NCBI GenBank assembly: GCA_033808535.1 | Contig: JAPXNL010000047.1 | Span: 3,884-13,883 of the forward strand | Direction: 5' to 3' | Length of the DNA: 10,000 bases | DNA from: Clostridia bacterium | Lineage (GTDB): Bacteria > Bacillota > Clostridia > Oscillospirales > CAG-272 | Shown here: positions 1-6,410 of the stretch, piece after piece | Layout: each line of letters opens with the position of its first letter | Numbering within the stretch: the stretch's first letter is position 1 | Notes under the pieces: generated by a model | The model's input: only the letters and a program-made list of their open reading frames with translations | Database searches by the model: none | Told to the model about the DNA's origin: nothing | Program-made: the position numbers and the translations under genes

Positions 1-1
1 C

Positions 2-433
2 AAAGGGATTGTACTGTCAAATGATTTCGGCGAATACATCTTCCCGGAGGATGAGCAGTTGCACATAAGACGCGGTACTGACGCAAAATACCGCTCGTCA
101 GAGTATGTCGCATGGTCTGTTTCAATCGGCAAAGACGATCTGTATTTCTTCCAGCACCGCGTCAGCCTCACGGAAGAAAAGGAATCGATCGATAAAAAGG
201 TTATAAGCCTTGACGAATATGCCGGTGCCAAAATAAACGAACACATATACACATACAAATACGGCAAGGATAAGTCCAAAACAAGCGAAATAAAGCACTA
301 TACCGTCGATGTGGCGACAACCGGCGGTGAAACCTATTCGCTGCCCGTCCATCCGGATGCGGAATTAGACGAACTGATCGACAGGATCGATCATGTTGTT
401 AAAAAGCGCCGCATGGAGAAAGCAGCTGAATAG
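2..433 (+). CDS. 3' portion of a hypothetical protein gene; the reading frame is open from the window edge, and the first in-frame Met is at 59
   Basis: The frame beginning at nt 2 has no stop before TAA at 431-433. The translation is protein-like (mixed charged and hydrophobic residues, ...YTVDVATTGGETYSLPVHPDAELDELIDRIDHVVKKRR). The antisense ORF 122..352 is hydrophobic low-complexity and therefore spurious. I recognise no family. Confidence 0.5.
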   Translation, partial: KGIVLSNDFGEYIFPEDEQLHIRRGTDAKYRSSEYVAWSVSIGKDDLYFFQHRVSLTEEKESIDKKVISLDEYAGAKINEHIYTYKYGKDKSKTSEIKHYTVDVATTGGETYSLPVHPDAELDELIDRIDHVVKKRRMEKAAE

Positions 434-510
434 TCGCCGCAAAACCGGGTAAACAACCAGTCTGGGGCCGCATTATCTACTGGAGCCACTGAAAACTAAA
501 TAAATTTAAC

Positions 511-516
511 AGGAGG
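511..516 (+). promoter_or_regulatory. Shine-Dalgarno AGGAGG 7 nt upstream of the flotillin ATG
   Basis: aggagg at 511-516, spacer ctgtaca, ATG at 524. Confidence 0.6.
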
Positions 517-523
517 CTGTACA

Positions 524-1936
524 ATGCCCGGCGAGAATTTGCTATATTTTATTACGGTAATCGTGGTGCTTGTGTTTACAACACTGGTGCTGCTGTTGTC
601 ACGTTACCGCAAGTGCCCCTCTGACCAGATTATGGTCATATACGGTAAAGTCGGGAGCAATGCCGACGGCACTCAGCGCTCCGCCAAGTGCATACACGGC
701 GGCGCGGCGTTCATCTGGCCAATTTTTCAGGCATATGAATACCTCGACCTGACGCCGATATCCATTTCGATTGACCTCAAACAGGCATTATCAAAGCAGA
801 ACATACGCATAGACGTTCCCTCGCGCTTCACGGTCGGTATTTCCACCGAGCAGGGTGTCATGCAAAATGCCGCTGAACGTCTTTTGGGATTGAAGCGCAC
901 CGAGATCCAGAGTCTCGCGGAGGACATAATCCTGGGTCAGCTCAGGCTTGTCATCGCGACGATGAAGATTGAGGAAATCAACACCGACCGCGACAAGTTC
1001 CTCGACGCAGTGTCGGGCAACGTGGAAACCGAGCTGAAAAAGATCGGTCTGCGTCTCATAAACGTCAACGTCACTGACATCAACGACGAGAGCGGCTACA
1101 TAGATGCGCTCGGACGCGAGGCTGCATCAAAGGCTATAAACGATGCGAAAGTTTCGGTCGCCAACAACGACAAGCTTGGCGCAATTGGTGCGGCAAACGC
1201 CGAACGTGACCAGCGCATTTCGGTGTCCCTTGCCAATTCCGAAGCGGTTTCCGGCGAAAATGAAGCGAAGGTAAAGATCGCCGAATCGGAAGCAATACGC
1301 CGGGAGCGCGAAGCAGAAGCTATGAAACGCGCTATCACCGCCGAAAAAATCGCCGAGGCAAAGGCGCGCGAAGATGCGTACGCTGCACAGCGCCTTGCGG
1401 AGCTTGCCCGTGCGCAGGTTGAAAAGGCTAAGCTCGAGGCTGATGTCATTATATCAGCTGAGATCGAAAAGCAGCAGCGCGTTATCGCAGCCGAAGCCGA
1501 AGCTGAACAGATACGCGCCCGCGCAAAGGGTGAAGCCGACGCCATCCTGCTGCGCAAACAGGCAGAAGCGGAAGGTATCCGCGCAATGCTGTCAAAACAG
1601 GCGGAAGGTTTCAGAGAGCTGATAGAATCCGCAGGCGGCCAGCCTTCTGACGCGATCAGACTGATGATTGCCGACAAGCTTGAAGAAATCGTGAAGATTC
1701 AGGTTGAGGCTATCAAGAATCTCAAAATCGACAAGGTTACTGTCTGGGATTCGGGCAGCAGCCAGTCTGGCGACGGCAAATCTTCCACCGCAAATTTCGT
1801 GTCCGGTATAATGAAGGCAATCCCGCCGATGAACGATTTGTTCGACCTTGCGGGCATGAATCTGCCGGAGTATCTGGGTACCGAAAAAGAACAGGCAGAG
1901 CTGAAGCCGGAACAAGCGCAAACAGGATCTACATAA
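524..1936 (+). CDS. floT: Flotillin / SPFH (band-7) family membrane-microdomain scaffold protein, FloT-like
   Basis: 470 aa. It has an N-terminal TM helix (LLYFITVIVVLVFTTLVLLLS). SPFH-domain motifs resemble B. subtilis FloT/YuaG, as I recall its sequence: IHGGAAFIWPIFQ (cf. VRGGGTFVLPVFQ), GYIDALGREAASKAINDAK (cf. GYLESLGKPRIAQVKRDAD). A long Ala/Glu/Lys-rich coiled-coil (EA-repeat) region follows, then a C-terminal ...FDLAGMNLPEY (cf. FDMIVKMLPEY). The RBS is strong. Confidence 0.9.
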   Translation: MPGENLLYFITVIVVLVFTTLVLLLSRYRKCPSDQIMVIYGKVGSNADGTQRSAKCIHGGAAFIWPIFQAYEYLDLTPISISIDLKQALSKQNIRIDVPSRFTVGISTEQGVMQNAAERLLGLKRTEIQSLAEDIILGQLRLVIATMKIEEINTDRDKFLDAVSGNVETELKKIGLRLINVNVTDINDESGYIDALGREAASKAINDAKVSVANNDKLGAIGAANAERDQRISVSLANSEAVSGENEAKVKIAESEAIRREREAEAMKRAITAEKIAEAKAREDAYAAQRLAELARAQVEKAKLEADVIISAEIEKQQRVIAAEAEAEQIRARAKGEADAILLRKQAEAEGIRAMLSKQAEGFRELIESAGGQPSDAIRLMIADKLEEIVKIQVEAIKNLKIDKVTVWDSGSSQSGDGKSSTANFVSGIMKAIPPMNDLFDLAGMNLPEYLGTEKEQAELKPEQAQTGST

Positions 1937-1950
1937 TGGTATAATAAAAA

Positions 1951-1996
1951 GAGCCGTCGCGTTCCGTTTCCCCGGAACCGGCGGCTCATATTCTAA
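1951..1996 (+). terminator. Candidate intrinsic terminator after the flotillin gene
   Basis: GC-rich hairpin 1951-1987 (GAGCCGTCG-c-GTTCCG / loop tttccc / CGGAAC-CGGCGGCTC; about 15 bp with one bulge). It is followed by the AT-rich tract atattctaattt. The U-tract is imperfect, so it may be a partial terminator or attenuator. Confidence 0.45.
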
Positions 1997-2090
1997 TTTA
2001 TGAAGGTATTTTATCTTAACTAATACCGTGATAAGGTTCTATGCGATACTTCCCATATAACAGCCCGATACGGCGGAAAGTGAGGACGAC

Positions 2091-2621
2091 ATGTATAGCG
2101 AGATTAAAAAAAGATACGCTTTCAAACTTGGTATCAGGCTCGCCATATCGGCGGCGGTCGCTGCAGTTGCGGTGGCTGCGACAATATGGCGGGGTGAGAG
2201 CAGCGGACTTGCAGCCTCTATAGGTATCGCTGCTTTTGCAGTCACAGCGCTGATCGCGCGCGTGCCGTCGCTGCTCGCTCCCGGATGGGATGGGGTTGTC
2301 ACAAACAAAACGGTCCGTTACAGAACTACCGCAAAGAAAATCAACGCGCCCGAATACGAGCTGACAGTCACAGATCCGCACGGCAGGGAACATCACGACA
2401 TTTTCCTTGACGAATCTGACGACGATTTGCCTAACCGCATAGAATACTATGATAACGGCGAACGCGTGCGCCGTCACCGCGGCTTTAAATATTTTGAGAA
2501 ATTTGATAAAAGCGGTAAAAATTCAGTCGTTTGCATTGACTGCGGCACACTCAATCCGAAAACACGCGAACGCTGCGCAAATTGCAACCTGTCGCTGCTG
2601 CGTGACAATATCGTGCAGTGA
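2091..2621 (+). CDS. Small membrane protein with two predicted TM helices and a C-terminal zinc-ribbon (CxxC...CxxC)
   Basis: 176 aa. The GTGAGGA RBS lies 5 nt upstream of ATG 2091, and an in-frame stop at 2058-2060 upstream fixes the start. Two hydrophobic segments are present (LAISAAVAAVAVAATIW, IGIAAFAVTALIARVPSLL). The C-terminus reads CIDCGTLNPKTRERCANCNL, a four-Cys zinc-ribbon. The antisense ORFs 2016..2477 and 2039..2308 are considered spurious. Confidence 0.7.
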   Translation: MYSEIKKRYAFKLGIRLAISAAVAAVAVAATIWRGESSGLAASIGIAAFAVTALIARVPSLLAPGWDGVVTNKTVRYRTTAKKINAPEYELTVTDPHGREHHDIFLDESDDDLPNRIEYYDNGERVRRHRGFKYFEKFDKSGKNSVVCIDCGTLNPKTRERCANCNLSLLRDNIVQ

Positions 2622-2966
2622 CGGCGAAATATTTTACAGCATAAAAAATCCCGGCATAGCTAATATTATTATCGCATAATTGGATTAAAGCTGCGTTTCG
2701 GTTTGCATTACCTGCGATTGCTCCATTGTGCACGGTTTATCACACCTGCTCCCGGTGCTGCCGCCGTGCAATCCGAGCGCGGCGAGAAAAGCTATAATCA
2801 ACACCATTGCATTTATACCCGCCTTATGCCACCACAAGAGCATTATCCGCATCCTCCGGAATCCCAATAAATGGTAACACTGAAATTATATCAGCGGAAA
2901 CCTGCGAGTGGTGTCGCATTTGGTCGGCGCGAAAAAAATATTATTCGATAATATTTGATAAAAGCA

Positions 2967-2995
2967 TTGTAAAATTCAGCTAAATATGCTATAAT
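2967..2995 (+). promoter_or_regulatory. Candidate sigma-A/sigma-70-type promoter for the lipoprotein gene
   Basis: TTGTAA (2967-2972), a 17-nt spacer, then TATAAT (2990-2995). The predicted +1 at about 3002 lies about 30 nt upstream of ATG 3032, and an AAAGGA RBS is present (agaaaggaccc). Confidence 0.35.
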
Positions 2996-3031
2996 AAGCC
3001 CAACCAAAAAAGAAAGGACCCATGATTAGAA

Positions 3032-3664
3032 ATGAAAAAAATCATTGCGCTGATACTTGCAGCAATGCTCGTATTGGCAACTTCCGTTGCATTTTATTCC
3101 TGCAACAACGACACAACCGGTGACGGTAATGATACCACTGCCGGCGCAACGCTGAATGACACATCAGGTGATGGCGCGGATACTACCGCCGCGGGTGGAG
3201 ACAATACACAGGCAGGCGTCGATATTGACCTTCAGGCCAAAATAGACATCAGCTCCGTTAACGGAACAGCCGGCGCAGTCGAATCCGAAGGCCCCGCAAA
3301 CATTTTCGACGGCGATTCATCCACAAAATGGTGCGCACTCCAGGAGGGTGTCAGCGTCGAGTGGAAAATGACCGAGCCGGTCACCGTTAACTACTACTAC
3401 TTCACCACCGCAAACGATGCTCCCGAGCGCAACCCTGCAAGCTGGGTGTTCTACGGTTCTGCCGACGGTTCAAACTGGACCGAGCTTGACAAGGTCGAAG
3501 GCGCAACCCTGCCGACCGATTTCTTCACCGATTCAGAGAAATACACTGTCGACAATCCCCAGGCATTCGAGTACTATAAGCTTGAAGTCACTGCCATCGC
3601 AAGCCCGGGCGAAAATGTGACCCAGTTCTCCGAGTTCAATTTCTACCAGACAGCAGGAAAATAA
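3032..3664 (+). CDS. Secreted protein or lipoprotein with a low-complexity T/G/D-rich linker and a C-terminal F5/8 type C (discoidin, CBM32-like) carbohydrate-binding domain
   Basis: 210 aa. The N-terminus is signal-peptide-like (MKKIIALILAAMLVLATSVAFYSC). A Cys at position 24 makes it a possible lipoprotein, although FYSC is a non-canonical lipobox. An NDTTGDG/TSGDGADTT repetitive linker follows. The C-terminal domain carries hallmark discoidin motifs: NIFDGDSSTKWCA, WVFYGSADGSNWTEL and YYKLEV. Confidence 0.75.
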   Translation: MKKIIALILAAMLVLATSVAFYSCNNDTTGDGNDTTAGATLNDTSGDGADTTAAGGDNTQAGVDIDLQAKIDISSVNGTAGAVESEGPANIFDGDSSTKWCALQEGVSVEWKMTEPVTVNYYYFTTANDAPERNPASWVFYGSADGSNWTELDKVEGATLPTDFFTDSEKYTVDNPQAFEYYKLEVTAIASPGENVTQFSEFNFYQTAGK

Positions 3665-3758
3665 TAAATAACAGTATATAAAAACAAACCCGACAGGAAA
3701 GGCACGGTTTAATAGGGAAACTTGTTGAACCATACCCCAAACCGATACGGAAAAAGGA

Positions 3759-3791
3759 AGAGAGGCATTATCTCAATGATATTGCCTCTCT
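3759..3791 (-). terminator. Strong rho-independent terminator ending the minus-strand operon; it may also act on the convergent plus-strand gene
   Basis: Hairpin AGAGAGGCA-t-TATC / loop tcaat / GATA-t-TGCCTCTCT (13 bp with one mismatch). It begins 9 nt after the CD-NTase stop at 3800. On the minus strand it is followed by TCCTTTTTCCGTAT, a T-tract. On the plus strand it is followed by the weaker tcttgctcgtt. Confidence 0.6.
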
Positions 3792-3799
3792 CTTGCTCG

Positions 3800-5173
3800 T
3801 TATGAATGTCCAATTGGTACGTCAATATGGCCAATGGCTACACAGATACCATTCTTAATGATATAGCATTCAACATAATGTGGTCCATAAAAGTTAGTGG
3901 TTTCTTTTCTCTCGGGTTGGTTGGTTTTCAACAGATTGCCTCTAATACAGTTCCTTCTTTCAGCTTCAGCGCCAACATTTCTAACTTTCCACCATATATC
4001 ATACGGCTTCGGGACATTGCATTCTTTTATATAAAATCTCAGGCTTAAATTATGGGGCAAAAACTTTTTTAGAACTTTATCGATATAAACACTGATAGGG
4101 CCTGTTCTAAAACCATTCCCAGAAGCCTCACAATCAATTTCAACTTCATAAATTTCATTGACATTAACTTCGTCTTCAATAAACTCTTCAGTATTTGAAA
4201 AATTAACGGCATTTATATCAAACGCACCTTTGCTTAATGAAGCAGATTCATTGACCGAATCTGGATTCCAAAAGTCATGATTGAACACCTCACGCCATGC
4301 AGCGTATGCATCAAATTTACTGCAATTACTATTAAACAAAACATCTAGTTTCCCCAAATAAGTATCAAGCCTACTCCTTAAATTCTCCATTTTATCACGA
4401 TCGCTTTGTTTCAAAAGGAGAGATACAGTACTTTCTGTCGGATTATAAACTTCAATGTAAACATTAAGCCTGTCCCGAATGTTTTTCATCAAATAGTAAA
4501 ATGTCTCATCTAAACGGTCATACCCTGTATTTATTTGCTCATCGCAAAGCACTGTCTGTATTAGACCACCAGGCATAATCCACGAAGAACGTGATTTACT
4601 AAACGTTTTGAGCAAACGAACACATTTGCGCAGTTTAGCCCCTTTTGATCTTATTTGGTCACTGAACCAATTTGATATGGCTTTGGGGTCTCGGCTTCGC
4701 CACGCACTCCCGCCATGTTCATAACTGTATGTACCGTCGCTATTTAGTGTTCTTCTGTAAACAGCAAAATCTACATGATAACCATTACTATATTTTATTC
4801 TGACACAGTTTGTTTTTACTTCAGATTCTGTCCCGAGATTTCCCTTTTTGCGATTGATGGCATCTGCGACTATGTTTCTGACGGATAATGGACCCAAATT
4901 GTTGATATTGGCTGAGTCAAAAACAATAGCGACATCAATATCGTAGTCATTAGAATCATTTTGAATTACAGTATGCATAGCCATACTGCCCTGGGTCAAA
5001 GTCTCGGCAACACTATATGAAGTCTTATGCTCATCATTATACTCTTTGAGACCAGTTTTAAGCCTTCGAATATTTGTATTCCGTTTGGCGCGGAGGTCAT
5101 TTTGTGCGTCCTGGGGCAAAACCACTTCATCACAATAAAACTTTTCAAATTCTGCAGATAAATCGAACAACAT
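3800..5173 (-). CDS. cGAS/DncV-like nucleotidyltransferase (CD-NTase / SMODS-type cyclic oligonucleotide synthase) with an additional C-terminal beta-rich domain
   Basis: The ORF runs 3800..5188, where 5188 is a TTG. I prefer ATG 5173 because it has an AAAGGA RBS 6 nt upstream. Numbering residues from the 462-aa ORF: a helical N-terminus typical of CD-NTases (MLFDLSAEFEKFY...RRLKTGL), a G67-S68 motif, then D83-I-D85 (hDhDh), and a third acidic residue in GYHVD140FAVY. W..DP....W and LRKCVRLLKTFSKSR match the conserved (R/K)LLKxW region of CD-NTases and OAS proteins. About 140 residues of non-core sequence follow at the C-terminus. Confidence 0.75.
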   Translation of the reverse strand: MLFDLSAEFEKFYCDEVVLPQDAQNDLRAKRNTNIRRLKTGLKEYNDEHKTSYSVAETLTQGSMAMHTVIQNDSNDYDIDVAIVFDSANINNLGPLSVRNIVADAINRKKGNLGTESEVKTNCVRIKYSNGYHVDFAVYRRTLNSDGTYSYEHGGSAWRSRDPKAISNWFSDQIRSKGAKLRKCVRLLKTFSKSRSSWIMPGGLIQTVLCDEQINTGYDRLDETFYYLMKNIRDRLNVYIEVYNPTESTVSLLLKQSDRDKMENLRSRLDTYLGKLDVLFNSNCSKFDAYAAWREVFNHDFWNPDSVNESASLSKGAFDINAVNFSNTEEFIEDEVNVNEIYEVEIDCEASGNGFRTGPISVYIDKVLKKFLPHNLSLRFYIKECNVPKPYDIWWKVRNVGAEAERRNCIRGNLLKTNQPERKETTNFYGPHYVECYIIKNGICVAIGHIDVPIGHS

Positions 5174-5230
5174 TACACATCCTTTCAAACGGAATCGGTC
5201 ATATCGGCAATCATATCCAAAATTAGCAAA

Positions 5231-6358
5231 TCATTGCCCTGCAACCAGTTCATTATTGATTACCAGATTGCCCTTATTTTCGCCGGTAACAACTATACCG
5301 TACTTATATTTCGGTGATGCTGTTGATACATAATGATGTACCACAATCTCGGGAAATCTATTGTCTAAATGACCCAGCTTACAGCCAAGATCAAATGCAT
5401 AACAACTTGGCACAGCACTGACTAAATGAATCCGTGTTAAGTTTGGATAGATATTTTTGAGCTCTATTATCAATTCATTAGTTTTATTAACATAATCTCT
5501 TAACTGCATAATGCTGGTTATGGCATTATCTTTTGGTTTATCGATTCCAAGCCTTATTATAGGGTAGTTAAATTGCGTCAAATCAGAATCTTGCACTGTC
5601 TGTGTTATAGATACCGCAATAACCACCTCCGCGGAATCGTCGCCTGTCAATACTGCCTCTGTCAGAGCAGGTATTTTCTTGTTTTTTATCCACTTCATCG
5701 GGCTGACAATATGTTTATGTATCAACTCATAATAGATATCCTCGCTTCGCTTATATTCGAAGAACCGCTTTATCATACGCCCAGTCATACATGTCCCAGC
5801 GTATACTTCAAAGGGGATCGGAGCCATACCGGTAAAGCAAACTGTAGATGCATCAGAGCGAGCAGAAAACTCACTAACATATTCTTCAATCTGTGCTTTT
5901 GCTTTTTCCCATGTCTGTTGGTTAACATCGTTTACTGCCCAACGCAAATCGAGCACGGTTTCTTTTAATTGGTAATCCTTAAGCTTCAAAGAATTTATGG
6001 TTTCGACGTCGCTGATTTCGTGTTTGACTTTCCCTAACATATTCAAAACATAAACTCTCGTCCTGATTGAATGCCATAAAATTATACCGAAAATTATGAG
6101 AGCAATTCCACATCCTAATAAAACGTAATTAGTATCCGGGCTTTTTATATAGCCGTAAGCAGCGCCAATTTTTGTGTTGATATTCAAGAAAAAGTCAAAT
6201 TCGAAGCAGCCAAGAATACCGCTACCCAACAATCCGATTCCCTCATGAATTAAAAGAAGCGGCAGTGCTGACTGCTTCGATTTACTTATATTTATCACTA
6301 TAATCCAGGTGAGGAAAGCTAAAAAAAGAATTGCTATAGTAACTATAAGCCTTAACAT
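5231..6358 (-). CDS. Integral membrane protein (3 predicted TM helices) with a ~270-aa cytoplasmic CARF/SAVED-like putative cyclic-nucleotide sensor domain; a candidate CBASS effector of the TM-SAVED (Cap14-like) type
   Basis: 375 aa. The start is ATG 6358 with a GGGAGGTG RBS (plus-strand 6364-6371, reverse-complemented) 5 nt upstream. There are three hydrophobic segments (res 2-24, 32-60, 78-98). The soluble domain has Rossmann-like beta-strand motifs typical of CARF/SAVED domains (STVCFTGMAPIPFEVYAGTCM, EVVIAVSITQT, IHLVSAVPSCYAFDLGCKLG). The functional assignment is by architecture and motif resemblance only. Confidence 0.55.
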   Translation of the reverse strand: MLRLIVTIAILFLAFLTWIIVINISKSKQSALPLLLIHEGIGLLGSGILGCFEFDFFLNINTKIGAAYGYIKSPDTNYVLLGCGIALIIFGIILWHSIRTRVYVLNMLGKVKHEISDVETINSLKLKDYQLKETVLDLRWAVNDVNQQTWEKAKAQIEEYVSEFSARSDASTVCFTGMAPIPFEVYAGTCMTGRMIKRFFEYKRSEDIYYELIHKHIVSPMKWIKNKKIPALTEAVLTGDDSAEVVIAVSITQTVQDSDLTQFNYPIIRLGIDKPKDNAITSIMQLRDYVNKTNELIIELKNIYPNLTRIHLVSAVPSCYAFDLGCKLGHLDNRFPEIVVHHYVSTASPKYKYGIVVTGENKGNLVINNELVAGQ

Positions 6359-6380
6359 TGAAACACCTCCCTCATCAAAA

Positions 6381-6410
6381 TCTATAGTTTCATGCAGTAA
6401 ATCAACTCAA
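6381..6410 (-). promoter_or_regulatory. Candidate internal promoter overlapping the res stop codon, positioned to drive the two AT-rich downstream genes
   Basis: On the minus strand: TTGAGT (reverse complement of 6405-6410), an 18-nt spacer, then TATAGA (reverse complement of 6381-6386). This lies about 20 nt upstream of the RBS of the 375-aa gene. The match to consensus is only moderate. Confidence 0.25.

Noticed and set aside
122-352. 76-aa minus-strand ORF inside the first plus-strand gene
   Set aside because: It is hydrophobic nonsense (FVCVYVFVYF...), antisense to protein-like coding sequence.
2-433. Possibility that the partial upstream ORF is the NfeD partner of flotillin
   Set aside because: The visible C-terminal 144 aa are hydrophilic and lack the OB-fold beta-barrel pattern that ends NfeD proteins. 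No TM region is visible.
1096-1677. 193-aa Ala/Ser/Arg-rich ORF on the minus strand inside the flotillin gene
   Set aside because: It lies entirely antisense to the A/E/K-rich coiled-coil region of floT. The low-complexity composition is the mirror image of GCN/GAA-rich sense codons, and there is no RBS. It is a classic antisense artifact.
2016-2477. 153-aa and 89-aa minus-strand ORFs (2016..2477, 2039..2308) overlapping the zinc-ribbon protein gene
   Set aside because: They are antisense to a well-supported plus-strand CDS. They have no start context and are Cys/Arg-rich or Ala-rich low-complexity sequence.
2905-2940. Short hairpin GCGAgtggtgTCGC followed by an A7 run
   Set aside because: It is a 4-bp stem followed by A's rather than T's on the plus strand. 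On the minus strand the T-run precedes the stem. It is not a terminator in either orientation.
3691-3717. Weak hairpin AAACC(n15)GGTTT downstream of the lipoprotein gene
   Set aside because: The stem is only 5 bp with a 15-nt loop and no U-tract. The strong hairpin at 3759-3791 is the better terminator candidate.
3806-4048. Plus-strand ORFs 3806..4048 and 5573..5968 inside the AT-rich minus-strand genes
   Set aside because: They are antisense to the CD-NTase and TM-sensor genes. They are AT-rich, have no RBS, and are Phe/Ile/Asn-heavy as expected from reverse-complemented AT-rich codons.
5174-5188. Alternative TTG start at 5188 for the CD-NTase (MKGCV extension)
   Set aside because: ATG at 5173 has an AAAGGA Shine-Dalgarno at optimal spacing. 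The TTG start has none and adds only 5 residues.
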